From an uncultured bacterium (GTDB lineage: Bacteria > Cyanobacteriota > Vampirovibrionia > Gastranaerophilales > Gastranaerophilaceae): DNA of 64,000 nt. The position numbers and the translations under genes were made by a program. The notes below the pieces were generated by a model. It was not told the origin of the DNA. It worked only from the letters and a program-made list of their open reading frames with translations, and made no database searches. Below, piece after piece: positions 44,662 through 55,254 of the stretch. How positions within the stretch are numbered: the stretch's first letter is position 1; every line of letters begins with the position of its first letter. The stretch covers positions 25,301 to 89,300 of the forward strand of contig CACZSN010000019.1 in the NCBI GenBank assembly GCA_902783835.1, given 5' to 3'.

Positions 44662-45695
44662 TTGATAAACATGCAATCTCCGTAGCTATAAAATCTGTAT
44701 TGGTTTTCGATTGCGTGTTTGTAAGCATCAAAGATGAATTCACGACCTGCAAATGCTGAAACGAGCATCAAGAGTGTTGATTTCGGCAAGTGGAAATTCG
44801 TTATAATTTTGTTGACGATTTTGAACTCAAAACCGGGGTAGATAAATAATTCAGAATGGTCTTTTACGGGAATAATTTTGCCGTATTTTTGCATTGTTGT
44901 TTCGAGGGTACGAACGCTTGTTGTGCCGACCGCAACGATGTTTTTGCCTTGAGCAATCGCCTCATTGATAGCGTTTGCACTATCTTCTGGGATTTCGAAG
45001 GTTTCTGAATCCATTTTATGATTTTCGATGTCGTCAACTTTTACGGGTTTAAACGTTCCTAAACCCACATTGAGGTGAACAAATGCTTTTCCTACACCTT
45101 TTTGTTCTAATTTATCGAGGATTTCTTTTGTAAAATGAAGTCCTGCCGTCGGTGCAGCAACGGAGCCTTCGTATTTTGCATAAACGGTTTGATAGCGTTC
45201 AAAGTCAAGGTTTTTATACTGCTCGTCGGTCATATTTCTTTCGATATATGGCGGAAGCGGAATATTTCCGTACTCGCCCAAAATTTCGTAGATATTTCCT
45301 GTGTAATTCAGTTTGATTTTCCATTTGTCGTCAATTTTTTCCAAGATTTCGACTGAAAGTTTTTCACCTACCGTTAACACCATTTGTGGTTTTACGCGTT
45401 TTGAGGGCTTTATGAGGGCTATCCAAATCGATTTTTCGATTTCTCTCACAAGGAAAATTTCAATTTTTGCACCTGTATCCTTTATTGAAAACAATCTTGC
45501 CGGAATGACTTTTGTATTATTCAAAACGAGAAAATCATTTTCATCGAGGCAGTCTACAATATCGTAAAAGTGTTTGTCTTCATAACAAAGAGCCTGTCTG
45601 TTTAAGACAAGCATCTTTGAATTTTCTCTTTTTTGAGAAGGTAATTGTGCAATTAATTCTTTTGGAAGTTCATAATCAAATTCATCAAGTTTCAT
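44658..45695 (-). CDS. queA: S-adenosylmethionine:tRNA ribosyltransferase-isomerase
   Basis: 345 aa. MKLDEFDYELPKELIAQ, VAAPTAGLHFT, and C-terminal RFYSYGDCMFI. Confidence 0.9.
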   Translation of the reverse strand: MKLDEFDYELPKELIAQLPSQKRENSKMLVLNRQALCYEDKHFYDIVDCLDENDFLVLNNTKVIPARLFSIKDTGAKIEIFLVREIEKSIWIALIKPSKRVKPQMVLTVGEKLSVEILEKIDDKWKIKLNYTGNIYEILGEYGNIPLPPYIERNMTDEQYKNLDFERYQTVYAKYEGSVAAPTAGLHFTKEILDKLEQKGVGKAFVHLNVGLGTFKPVKVDDIENHKMDSETFEIPEDSANAINEAIAQGKNIVAVGTTSVRTLETTMQKYGKIIPVKDHSELFIYPGFEFKIVNKIITNFHLPKSTLLMLVSAFAGREFIFDAYKHAIENQYRFYSYGDCMFIK

Positions 45696-45696
45696 A

Positions 45697-46761
45697 TTAC
45701 TTTTCCGGTTTTACGTCAATTACTTCTGATTTTTCTTCTGCCGCATCAAGTTGTTTATTGATGATGAAAGTTTGTCCGATTTGGAACAGGTTACTTACTA
45801 CCAAATAAAGCAAAACACCTGCGGGGATGGGGACGAAGAAGAAAGTTGCCGTTAAGAATATCGGCATTGTTCTTCCCATTGTTTTTTGCATAGCTTCCTG
45901 TTGAGGGTCAAGTTGCTGCTTTGAATTTTTGTTTGTAAGCGTCATAACTTTTGTTGCAAAGAACATTGATAAGCCGAAGAAAAGAACCAATGCAAGAACG
46001 TCTAAGTTCATTTTTTCGTTTGCTTGAATTGTTTTAATATCTGCTGTTAAGATATCTCCGCTTCTTTTAAACTCAACGTTTTCGGATTCTCTTGCGTTAA
46101 CATTTGTAATTTCAACTTCTGCACCCGTGATGGTTTTATTTTCAAAAGTATCAACTTGGAAAGCATTGAGAGCAAGTTTAAATTCGACATTTTCTCCGGG
46201 GATAATTTGATTCATATAACGAAGATTGTCTTTTGAAGCTTTAACTTTTACGTCTTTTTCTACGGAGCCGTCACTAAAGTATACCGTTGCTTTTTTGCCT
46301 AAGTTGAAATTTGCTGTTTTTCCGACGGTAAAGGTGTTGTCGAAAGAACGTGCCGAAGTTCCTCTGATAGTTGCATCGAGTCTGTTGATAAATAAGAATT
46401 TCGCATTTCCTGCAAGGTCAATGAATTGCGGACTGATTAATGCTGTATACAACAAAATGAAAATAGGCATTTGAATTAAAACAGGGAAGCAACCGCCCAT
46501 AGGGTTGAAATTGTTTTCCTTGTAAAATTCCATCATTTTGCGTTGCATAACTTGCGGATCGTCTTTATAACGTTCCTGAATCATTTTCATTTTAGGCTGC
46601 ATTTTTTGCATAACCTTCATAGAACGTTGTTGTGATACGCTTAACGGCCACATCAAAACTCTTACTATAATTGTCAAAAATATAATTCCCAATCCGTAAC
46701 TGCCGCAAATATTGCTTAATGCTTTAAGCAGTTGGATTGTTGCATCTGTAAAAAATTCCAC
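45697..46761 (-). CDS. yidC: Membrane protein insertase YidC
   Basis: 354 aa. NPMGGCFPVLIQMPIFILLY core motif, multiple TMs, and a central soluble insert. Confidence 0.85.
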   Translation of the reverse strand: MEFFTDATIQLLKALSNICGSYGLGIIFLTIIVRVLMWPLSVSQQRSMKVMQKMQPKMKMIQERYKDDPQVMQRKMMEFYKENNFNPMGGCFPVLIQMPIFILLYTALISPQFIDLAGNAKFLFINRLDATIRGTSARSFDNTFTVGKTANFNLGKKATVYFSDGSVEKDVKVKASKDNLRYMNQIIPGENVEFKLALNAFQVDTFENKTITGAEVEITNVNARESENVEFKRSGDILTADIKTIQANEKMNLDVLALVLFFGLSMFFATKVMTLTNKNSKQQLDPQQEAMQKTMGRTMPIFLTATFFFVPIPAGVLLYLVVSNLFQIGQTFIINKQLDAAEEKSEVIDVKPEK

Positions 46762-46834
46762 TTCTTTATTCCTTTCGGGCTGGTCTAATTAATAAATATA
46801 TATTAATTATATTTGCTAAATCTTATTTAACAAG

Positions 46835-48148
46835 TTATTTAACGAGAGCCGGTTCTTCGGATTTTGCAGTGCCGTGTTGAGTTTTTCCCCAATCCATGGT
46901 TTTCTTTGTGAAAATTATTTTAAAGATGATGAATGTTACGACAGGGAACCATAAAACCAATAAATATGCACAAGTTTCAAACGATTGTCTGATATTTTCC
47001 ATCGGTTTAAGGTGATTATATTTTCTTAAGCTGTAAATAAGAGCACTGTAAAAGAAAAAGAAAATTAATACAGCAAGTGTTAATGACGACAATATTTGGT
47101 TTTCGTCATATCTTATGTATCTGAAAATTTGAAATCCTATTTCGGAGAAAAACCAGAACGGAAGCAAAAATTCACAGATATATGCAGTCATATCAAGGCT
47201 TACACGAAGCGAAATGTCTTTTGAACAAAGAACTGCCCAAAAATTTTCCAAATATCTTCTTATGCTGCCTTCAACCCAACGTCTGCGTTGACGAAGCAAC
47301 GGGAATATTTTTATTACCCCTTCTTCATACACAGAAACTTCGGGGCAAAAACGGATATCCCATCCTTTAATCTGCAATCTCGTTGACATATCGAGGTCAT
47401 CCGTGATTGTGAAGTTGTTCCATCCGCCAATATCTTCCAAGGCTTTTCTTTTAATAAGTTCGCCGTTTCCTCTGAGTTCAACCGCACCTTTTACCGCATC
47501 ACGACCGATTTGAAAATGCGTATCCAAAGCCATTTCGTTATCTTGGCAACGGGTTAAGAAATTATCGTTGCGATTGCTGATGACTTTTCTTGCCTGAACT
47601 GCTCCGACATCTTCCGGTTCAAGTTTCGGAACAAGATTTTTAATAAAATCGGGATTGATTCTTGCATCTGCATCAAAAACCAAAATCGCTTCACCATGAG
47701 CCATTTGCAAGGCATCGTTCAAAACTGCGGATTTTCCCGGAAATGCACTTTTTTCTCTTATTAAATATTTTATATTATGGTTTTCATCGGCAATTTGTTT
47801 AATGACTTCCGCCGTATTATCGTCGCTTCTGTCATCAATCAAAATAAGTTCGTAGTTATCATAGTCTACTGCCGTAATGTTTTCGACGGTCTTTCGGATT
47901 ACAACTCCCTCATTGTGACAGGGAATCATTATTGTAATAAAAGGTTTATAGTTGCTGTTTATTTCAACGGGATGTTTCTTCAAAACTCTTACGCGGTGCT
48001 TGTTTGCGACACAAATGTATCCGCTGTACGTTCCCATTATCGCGATTAAGGCAACCAATGCCCAGAACGTATTAAAATAGTTCTGAAAGATGAACAAGAA
48101 TACCCATAACCCTACAATTATTGATAAAAGAACTAATCTGCCTCTCAT
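46835..48148 (-). CDS. Membrane-embedded processive family-2 glycosyltransferase (NodC/PgaC/cellulose-synthase-like)
   Basis: 437 aa. ITIMIPCHNE, LIDDRSDD, VFDADA, ITDDLD and the Q(R/Q)xRW motif LRQRRRWVEG, flanked by N- and C-terminal TMs. Confidence 0.8.
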   Translation of the reverse strand: MRGRLVLLSIIVGLWVFLFIFQNYFNTFWALVALIAIMGTYSGYICVANKHRVRVLKKHPVEINSNYKPFITIMIPCHNEGVVIRKTVENITAVDYDNYELILIDDRSDDNTAEVIKQIADENHNIKYLIREKSAFPGKSAVLNDALQMAHGEAILVFDADARINPDFIKNLVPKLEPEDVGAVQARKVISNRNDNFLTRCQDNEMALDTHFQIGRDAVKGAVELRGNGELIKRKALEDIGGWNNFTITDDLDMSTRLQIKGWDIRFCPEVSVYEEGVIKIFPLLRQRRRWVEGSIRRYLENFWAVLCSKDISLRVSLDMTAYICEFLLPFWFFSEIGFQIFRYIRYDENQILSSLTLAVLIFFFFYSALIYSLRKYNHLKPMENIRQSFETCAYLLVLWFPVVTFIIFKIIFTKKTMDWGKTQHGTAKSEEPALVK

Positions 48149-48218
48149 TGTTTTCCATCCGTAAACTTACTTATGCCATTTTATCAAAAACATTTTCAAA
48201 GACAAATTTTTTACAATT

Positions 48219-49109
48219 TTAAACGAATTTTGATATTGTTTCAAACGCTTTTCCTTTTACATTTTCAGTGTCAATATACAGAGGAATTATACCGTTTTCT
48301 CCCTTAAACCAGGAAATTTGTCTTTTTATATAATGTCTTGTGTTTTTCTTTATTTCCTCAAGTGCAAAATCTATATTTTCCATGCCTTTAATCACGGGGT
48401 AAAGTTCTTTTAAACCGATTGTGTTTAGCAAAATATTGTTTTCTCCGTATTTGGAAAAAAGATATTTTGCTTCGTCCAAAAGTCCGTTTTTGTACATCAA
48501 GTCGACTCTTTGATTTGCTCTGTCATACAAAAATTGTCTGTCTTGAACGTCTAAGCCGAGCCATAAAATATCATACGGACAATCTTTCGATTTCATTTCC
48601 TCTCCCGAGCGTGCAATTTCCAATGCACGAACGATTTTTCGCTTGTTATTGGGATGAATTTTTTCGGCAGCAGCGGGATTTTTTTGTTTTAATTCTTCGT
48701 ATAGAATATCATTGGAAATATTTTCTGCCTGTTCTCTAAAGTCTTTATCTGCAGGAACTTCCGGAATATCAAAAGTTCCGCTCAAAGAACGAAAATAAAG
48801 TCCTGTTCCGCCTGTAACAATAGGAACTTTGCCTCGATTTGTAATATCTTTAATTAAATCGTCCGCATCTTTAATAAAAAGTCCGACGGTGTATTCCTCT
48901 GTCACATCGCAAATATCAATGAGATAATGCGGAATGCCGTCTGTTTCTTCCGGAGTGGGTTTTGCGGTTGCGATATTCATTTCTCGGTAAACATACCTTG
49001 AATCCGCCGAAATAATTTCGCCGTTAAAATTTTTTGCAATTTCTACCGCAAGTTTAGACTTGCCTGTCGAGCTGGGACCCGATAATGCTATTATTTTGGG
49101 CTTGTTCAT
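48219..49109 (-). CDS. miaA: tRNA dimethylallyltransferase
   Basis: 296 aa. P-loop LSGPSSTGKS, SADSRYVYREMNIATAKP, GIPHYLID, GGTGLYF. Confidence 0.9.
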   Translation of the reverse strand: MNKPKIIALSGPSSTGKSKLAVEIAKNFNGEIISADSRYVYREMNIATAKPTPEETDGIPHYLIDICDVTEEYTVGLFIKDADDLIKDITNRGKVPIVTGGTGLYFRSLSGTFDIPEVPADKDFREQAENISNDILYEELKQKNPAAAEKIHPNNKRKIVRALEIARSGEEMKSKDCPYDILWLGLDVQDRQFLYDRANQRVDLMYKNGLLDEAKYLFSKYGENNILLNTIGLKELYPVIKGMENIDFALEEIKKNTRHYIKRQISWFKGENGIIPLYIDTENVKGKAFETISKFV

Positions 49110-49908
49110 AATATAAAAATACCGTTAAAACGTAATAAACAATATACATAAACGAAAGTAACATCGGGATTATGGCAAGGAAATTGTTTCCCAAAAGAAC
49201 ATTCGTAAAGGAAATCAACATATTAATTAAACACATTACAACAACAATCGTAATTGATGCGAACAAGTTTTTGAAAGTGAACATAATCGCCTTAAATAAT
49301 GCCATAATTGGATTTTTCGTCGTATAGAAAAGGGTCGGGGCAAACCATAAAATTAAAATTTCAAACAAGAAATAAACAACAAATCCGCCAATCATAATAC
49401 CCGATAAAGTGCCTAATTGTTCGGGGGAGAGCGTTTGGACAAATTTAGTAACTTGTTCTTGAGTTCCCATTAATTTTATGAGTTCATTCGGAATTTTTGC
49501 ACCAATAAAAGTTTGAATGGCAAGATATTTGTATAACACGAAAATTCCGTAAGAAATTCCGCCGTACAAAATAGCTGCAAGACCCGTGGGCAAAATGTAT
49601 TCACCGACTCCGGGGAAAAAGTTTTTTAAGATTTCTATTTGAGCCTTATTTTTCTCTTCAGGTGTTTCATAAACCTTGGATTTATTTGCAACGGTTGCTT
49701 TTATGCAGTTGTACCAACCTGATAAAAAAGCGATAAAACAAAGAATGACAATGCTTAATGAAAAAATAAATCCGATATCCATTCCCCTTTTTGCTGAAAG
49801 AGGCATCGCTACGAGCATTGTGACTAATGCCCATATAAATAACGGTTGCATAACCATTAAGTTGTCTTTTAATAAAACTGCCGATTGTTTAAAAATATTC
49901 ATATTCAT
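49054..49908 (-). CDS. Hypothetical polytopic membrane protein
   Basis: 284-aa ORF with about 6 hydrophobic segments. Its 3' end overlaps the miaA start by 56 nt. Confidence 0.5.
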   Translation of the reverse strand: MNMNIFKQSAVLLKDNLMVMQPLFIWALVTMLVAMPLSAKRGMDIGFIFSLSIVILCFIAFLSGWYNCIKATVANKSKVYETPEEKNKAQIEILKNFFPGVGEYILPTGLAAILYGGISYGIFVLYKYLAIQTFIGAKIPNELIKLMGTQEQVTKFVQTLSPEQLGTLSGIMIGGFVVYFLFEILILWFAPTLFYTTKNPIMALFKAIMFTFKNLFASITIVVVMCLINMLISFTNVLLGNNFLAIIPMLLSFMYIVYYVLTVFLYYEQAQNNSIIGSQLDRQV

Positions 49909-49973
49909 AGTGACCTTATTATATCATGGAAAAATTCTGATTAAATTGCCCGACTAAAGAAAATCGGATAACA

Positions 49974-50000
49974 AAGAAAAAAGAGCCATAAACGGCTCTT
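49974..50000 (-). terminator. Rho-independent terminator after rpmB
   Basis: On the minus strand: AAGAGCC-GTTTAT-GGCTCTT followed by TTTT. Confidence 0.7.
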
Positions 50001-50028
50001 TTATTGTTTTTCAGTTAATTTTTAAAAA

Positions 50029-50220
50029 TTACAAAGCTCTTTCAACTTTTCCTGCTCTGAGGCATGAAGTACAAACTTTAATTTTTTTAACAGTTCCGTT
50101 TTGGTTAACCTTTACAGTTTGAAGGTTAGGGAATTGTCTGTGAACGTTTTGTTTGTGTGAAAATGAAATCTTTGCTGCTTTTAATGATTTTTTTCCGCAG
50201 ATTTCGCATTCGATTGACAT
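50029..50220 (-). CDS. rpmB: 50S ribosomal protein L28
   Basis: 63 aa. CEICGKK...SFSHKQNVHRQFPNLQ matches the L28 pattern. Confidence 0.9.
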   Translation of the reverse strand: MSIECEICGKKSLKAAKISFSHKQNVHRQFPNLQTVKVNQNGTVKKIKVCTSCLRAGKVERAL

Positions 50221-50396
50221 GATATATTTCCTTTCGATGATAATATTTGCTTTCGTAACTACGATATTAATTTAAACAAAACAAATAATCAAGACCCGAT
50301 TTTTTTTGAGATTAAAAAATTTACAACTTTTCAAATATAATTTAAAAAAACATTACTTTTAAGTATAATGTAGAAGGAATTAATCGAAAGGTTTTT

Positions 50397-51446
50397 ATGA
50401 GTGTAGGAACAAAAACAATACGGGAAATTTTTGAGGACGAAGAAATAGCCAACTTGAGTGAATTTGCTGCAAAGAGCAGATTTTCAAGAGGAAGAAAATT
50501 GTCCGAAAATCCCTGTCCTTTAAGAACGGATTTTCAGAGGGACAGAGACAGAATTTTATATTCAAGTGCGTTCCGTCGGTTGAAGCATAAAACTCAAATG
50601 TTCTTTTCTCCCGATGATGACAGTTACAGAACGAGAATGACGCATACCCTCGAGGTTGCACAGGTTGCAAGAACAATCGCAAAAGCCTTGAAATTAAATG
50701 AAGAATTGACCGAAGCAATCGCTTTGGGGCATGACATCGGACATACTCCGTTCGGGCACAGCGGTGAAGCGGTTTTGAACGAAATTATGGACGGCGGATA
50801 TCGTCATAATGAGCAAAGCGTTCGTGTTGCGGAAGTCATTGAAAATATGAATTTGACAGAGGAAACTCTGAACGGTATCTTGTGCCACTCTTATGCACTT
50901 GAGCCTGCTTTCACTCTCGAAGGTCAGATTGTTCAACTTGCGGACAAAATAGCATATCTTAATCACGATATCGAAGATGCAATCAGGGCAAGGATTATCC
51001 ACGCAGAGGACCTGCCTCAGGATTCTATTGAATATTTTACGTCCGACAAAAATGTCCGATTTACGACGATGATTTACGATATCGTTCAAACAAGCATGGG
51101 CAAAAACAAAATCAGAATGTCTGAAGAATGTTTTTCTCATATGAAAATTTTAAGAACTTGGATGTTTGACAACGTTTATCTCGGTTCCGAAGCAAAAAAA
51201 GAAGAACCAAAAGCTAAAAATATTGTAAAAACTTTATTTAATTACTACTTTGACGAACTTCAAAAACGCTATCCTCATTCCACGGAAGAAGCTTTGAAAC
51301 GTACGGTTTGCGACTATGTTTCGGGTATGACGGACAGATATGCGATGGCAAAATTTAAGGAATTATTCCTTGTTACCCCGCTTGAATATGTTAAAAATGA
51401 TAATTTCCTGAACAGAATGGTTCTCGTAAACGGTTTGGCGGTGTAG
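50397..51446 (+). CDS. dgt: dGTP triphosphohydrolase-like HD-domain protein
   Basis: 349 aa. FQRDRDRILYSSAFRRLKHKTQ, RMTHTLEVAQVAR, HDIGHTPFGHSGE. Confidence 0.85.
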   Translation: MSVGTKTIREIFEDEEIANLSEFAAKSRFSRGRKLSENPCPLRTDFQRDRDRILYSSAFRRLKHKTQMFFSPDDDSYRTRMTHTLEVAQVARTIAKALKLNEELTEAIALGHDIGHTPFGHSGEAVLNEIMDGGYRHNEQSVRVAEVIENMNLTEETLNGILCHSYALEPAFTLEGQIVQLADKIAYLNHDIEDAIRARIIHAEDLPQDSIEYFTSDKNVRFTTMIYDIVQTSMGKNKIRMSEECFSHMKILRTWMFDNVYLGSEAKKEEPKAKNIVKTLFNYYFDELQKRYPHSTEEALKRTVCDYVSGMTDRYAMAKFKELFLVTPLEYVKNDNFLNRMVLVNGLAV

Positions 51447-51450
51447 TTTT

Positions 51451-53325
51451 ATGGCGATGACGTATCAGGAAGCAGTTGAAGAAATTAAAAGAAGATTGGA
51501 TGTTGTGGATGTCGTCCAAAGATACGTTGTGCTTAAAAAATCAGGTGCAAACTATATGGGCTGCTGCCCTTTTCACAAGGAAAAAACTCCATCGTTTTCC
51601 GTAAATCGCCAAAAAGGTATTTTCAAATGTTTCGGTTGTGGCGAAGGTGGCGATGCCATTTCGTTTTTGATGAAAATTCAAGGACGAAGTTTCAAAGAAG
51701 TAATTGAAGATGAAGCGAAAAATATGGGGATTGAACTCCCTGTAACCCACGGTGGGGGCGACTTTGGCAAGAAAAAACAAGCCGCTCTTGATGTGATGAA
51801 AAAAGCTGCGGAATTCTTTCAATATAACCTCCTAAATTCTCCCGAAGCTGAATTTGCAAGGGAATATTTAAAAAAACGCTCAATTACCGATGAAGTCATA
51901 AAAACGTACGGACTCGGCTACTCGCTCAAGTCTTTTGACGGTTTGCAACAACATTTGATGACTGACAATCAAATTTTGGAAAATGCCGGCCTTGCAATAA
52001 AAAGAGAAAACCAAAAAGGTTATATTGACCGTTTCAGAGGTCGTTTGATGATTCCTGTAAAGGACGAGAACGGGCATGTCGTGGCATTTGGGGCAAGAGC
52101 GTTGGAAGACGGGCAAAACCCGAAATATTTGAACTCTCCGGATACGATTTTGTATAATAAAAGCCATATTTTGTATGGGTTTGACACCGCAAAAGATGCT
52201 ATTCGGGAACTTGATAGCGTTTTGATTTGCGAAGGGTATTTTGATACAATTTCTTTGCAGGTCGGCGGGGTAAAAAATGCCGTGGCTTCTTGCGGAACGG
52301 CACTTACGCAAGACCATATCAGATTGATTGCAAAATATTGTGAGTCGAGAAAAATTTATCTTGCTTTTGATACTGATAATGCAGGGCAAATGGCTACTGA
52401 GAGAAGTGCTTCGCTTATTAAAGAAGCTTTTGGCGGATTGGGCGATATCAAACAATTCGATTCTTGCTATGCAACGACGGGTGACCAGTATGCCTGCGAA
52501 ATCCGTGTTGTTTCACCGCCGCAAGGAAAAGATCCGGATGAATTTATTCGCGAAAACGGCGGAAATGCATACATTGAACACATGCTCAATGCCCCGCTAT
52601 TGTTGGATTACAGACTCGACAGATTGATGGGGCAAATGAAAAACGACATTTCCCCCCTCGAAAAAAATAATCTCGTGGCAAAAATCATCCCGTTGCTTGA
52701 GGAAATCGGAAATAATATAGTCCAAAATGAATATGTAAAGAGGGTTGCAACTCGTTTACAAATCGACGAGGGGCTACTGCTCAGAGAAATCAAGGCTTTT
52801 AGACAAAAGAATGAACAAATTGAAGAGCCAGTTTTCGAGGAAAAAAGTCAAATTGTAACAAAATCTTCAAATTTCATCGAAAAAATGCAAAAAAATTTGT
52901 TAAGTCTTTTTTTTATTAGCGTAAGTGATAGCAATCGCTTGCAACTGATAAGTATAATTCAATCCCAAAAAATCGAAAATAAAAACCTTAATTTGTTGGC
53001 TCAAACGATTGACAAATTGGCATTTATGAGTAATAATACCGAAGAATTAATCCAAGCGTTATTCAATGAGTTTGAGAACAATAGCGAAATTAAGCATATA
53101 ATAACAGATTTAATATACTTATCCAAATGCTACGAGAATCTCACGGAAAGTGAACTTCAAATGGCAATGGCGGAAACGACGGAAAAAGTTGAACTTTTCA
53201 GGCGAAAAGAAGAATTGAAGCAACTGAGAATACAGTCGAGAAGTAGCGTAAAAAACGACTCTGACGAAGTTCAATATCAAATAACTGTCAATGAAAAACT
53301 AAAAAGTGAAAACTGGAGAAATTAA
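51451..53325 (+). CDS. dnaG: DNA primase
   Basis: 624 aa. Zinc finger CCPFHKEKTPSFSV...FKCFGCGEGGD, TOPRIM EGYFD...DTDNAGQ. Confidence 0.9.
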   Translation: MAMTYQEAVEEIKRRLDVVDVVQRYVVLKKSGANYMGCCPFHKEKTPSFSVNRQKGIFKCFGCGEGGDAISFLMKIQGRSFKEVIEDEAKNMGIELPVTHGGGDFGKKKQAALDVMKKAAEFFQYNLLNSPEAEFAREYLKKRSITDEVIKTYGLGYSLKSFDGLQQHLMTDNQILENAGLAIKRENQKGYIDRFRGRLMIPVKDENGHVVAFGARALEDGQNPKYLNSPDTILYNKSHILYGFDTAKDAIRELDSVLICEGYFDTISLQVGGVKNAVASCGTALTQDHIRLIAKYCESRKIYLAFDTDNAGQMATERSASLIKEAFGGLGDIKQFDSCYATTGDQYACEIRVVSPPQGKDPDEFIRENGGNAYIEHMLNAPLLLDYRLDRLMGQMKNDISPLEKNNLVAKIIPLLEEIGNNIVQNEYVKRVATRLQIDEGLLLREIKAFRQKNEQIEEPVFEEKSQIVTKSSNFIEKMQKNLLSLFFISVSDSNRLQLISIIQSQKIENKNLNLLAQTIDKLAFMSNNTEELIQALFNEFENNSEIKHIITDLIYLSKCYENLTESELQMAMAETTEKVELFRRKEELKQLRIQSRSSVKNDSDEVQYQITVNEKLKSENWRN

Positions 53326-53328
53326 TCA

Positions 53329-54402
53329 ATGACAAGAAAAAGAATATCGGAAGTTTCATCATCAGACGAAAGATTTGAAGATGAATTAACCGAAACATCT
53401 ACTGATATGGGCAATCCCGTATTCGGTGCAACAGATATTGCAGACGTTATGATGAGCGGTAATAGTTCTAAAATGATAGATTTGAGCGAACCTAACGGTT
53501 TTGATGAAGAATCACTTGACGAAGCAGAAGAAACCAATGTTGATGCTCTTTCTAAAGGTTTTTCAACTGATGATCCCGTAAGAACATATCTTCGAGAAAT
53601 CGGTCGTATTAAACTTTTGACGGCTGATCAAGAAATCGATTTAGCAAGAAAAATTATTGAAGGCGGCAATGCAGGTGCTATCGCAAAAAGAAAACTTGTC
53701 CAAGCAAACTTGAGATTGGTTGTTAGTATTGCGAAAAAATATGTTGGACGTGGCATGCTCTTTTTGGATTTGATTCAAGAAGGTAATTTGGGCTTAATCA
53801 GAGCGGCTGAAAAGTTTGACCACGAAAGAGGATACAAGTTCTCAACTTATGCAACTTGGTGGATTAGACAGGCTATAACAAGAGCGATTGCAGACCAAGC
53901 AAGAACTATCAGAATTCCTGTTCACATGGTTGAAACGATTAACAAACTTAAAAAAGTTACTCGTAAATTGGCTCAAGAACTTTCGAGAAAGCCGACGGAA
54001 GACGAACTTGCACAAGAAATGAACATTTCAATCGGCAAACTTCGTGAAATCATTAAGGTTGCTCAAGAACCTATTTCTTTTGAAGCACCTATTGGTAAAG
54101 AAGAAGACTCAAGATTGGGTGATTTTATCGAAGATAAAGATGCTGATGCTCCTGCAAAAACAGTTGCTCAAGAACTTTTGAGAGAAGATTTGAGCGAAGT
54201 ATTGTCCGGCTTGTCAGCAAGAGAACGTGACGTATTGAGATTGCGTTTCGGCTTGGACGACGGACGTCAAAGAACTTTGGAAGAAGTTGGTCAGTTGTTC
54301 GGTGTTACTCGTGAACGTATCAGACAAATCGAAGCAAAAGCACTTCGTAAATTGAGACATCCGAACAGAAGCAAACGTCTTAAAGAATACGTTGAAGTTT
54401 AG
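53329..54402 (+). CDS. rpoD: RNA polymerase sigma factor RpoD (primary sigma-70)
   Basis: 357 aa. Region 2 [18 protein letters not shown]...[15 protein letters not shown]. Region 4 [28 protein letters not shown]. Confidence 0.95.
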   Translation: MTRKRISEVSSSDERFEDELTETSTDMGNPVFGATDIADVMMSGNSSKMIDLSEPNGFDEESLDEAEETNVDALSKGFSTDDPVRTYLREIGRIKLLTADQEIDLARKIIEGGNAGAIAKRKLVQANLRLVVSIAKKYVGRGMLFLDLIQEGNLGLIRAAEKFDHERGYKFSTYATWWIRQAITRAIADQARTIRIPVHMVETINKLKKVTRKLAQELSRKPTEDELAQEMNISIGKLREIIKVAQEPISFEAPIGKEEDSRLGDFIEDKDADAPAKTVAQELLREDLSEVLSGLSARERDVLRLRFGLDDGRQRTLEEVGQLFGVTRERIRQIEAKALRKLRHPNRSKRLKEYVEV

Positions 54403-54410
54403 TTTTAAGA

Positions 54411-54437
54411 AAAGCGGTTTTTATAGCCGCTTTTTTA
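54411..54437 (+). terminator. Rho-independent terminator after rpoD
   Basis: AAGCGGTT-TTTAT-AGCCGCTT (one G-U pair) followed by TTTT. Confidence 0.8.
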
Positions 54438-54525
54438 TTGTGTAAAATTCGATTAAAAGTTGTAAAGATAGTTTGAAAAGAATAAAGTTTCCTGTATAAT
54501 GAATTTATATTAAGGAGATTTTACC

Positions 54526-55254
54526 GTGAGCGAATTAAAATATAAACGAATTTTGTTAAAGATAAGCGGTGAAGCACTAATGGGAAATCAGCAGTTTGGT
54601 ATTGCACCGGAACCTGTTGCTATGATTGCGAAAGAAATCAAAATTGCCCATGATGCAGGTGCTGAAATCGGTATCGTTGTTGGAGGCGGAAACATTTTTC
54701 GAGGCGGACAAAAGAGTGAGCAGTTGGGCATGGACAGAGCCTCTGGCGATTCAGTCGGAATGCTTGCTACAGTTATGAATGCGATAGCTTTGCAGTCTGC
54801 ACTTCGTAAGTTAGATGTTTCTTGTAGAGTGCAAACAGCGATTGATATCAATAAGGTTGCAGAACCTTATGTTAGATTTAAGGCAATTCGTCACCTTGAA
54901 AAAGGCAGAGTTGTAATATTTGCGGCCGGTACGGGCAATCCGTTTTTCACAACGGATACGGCGGCTGCACTTCGAGCGTCGGAAATCGGTGCAGATGTAA
55001 TGCTTATGGCTAAAAACGGTGTAGACGGTGTTTATACCGCTGACCCAAAAACAAATCCCGATGCTAAAAAATATGATTTTATTTCTTATGATGATGTAAT
55101 CATAAGAGGCTTAAAGGTAATGGATACAGCATCTTGTGCTTTGTGCAAAGAGAACAAAGTTCCGATTATCGTGTTCGATTTTGCGGAAGAAGGTGCGGTA
55201 ATGAAGATATTAAACGGTGAAAAGATAGGTACTTATGTAGGAGGTAATAACTAA
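54526..55254 (+). CDS. pyrH: UMP kinase
   Basis: 242 aa. GTG start after AAGGAG. RILLKISGEAL, VVGGGNIFRG, GNPFFTTDTAAALRA. Confidence 0.9.
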   Translation: MSELKYKRILLKISGEALMGNQQFGIAPEPVAMIAKEIKIAHDAGAEIGIVVGGGNIFRGGQKSEQLGMDRASGDSVGMLATVMNAIALQSALRKLDVSCRVQTAIDINKVAEPYVRFKAIRHLEKGRVVIFAAGTGNPFFTTDTAAALRASEIGADVMLMAKNGVDGVYTADPKTNPDAKKYDFISYDDVIIRGLKVMDTASCALCKENKVPIIVFDFAEEGAVMKILNGEKIGTYVGGNN

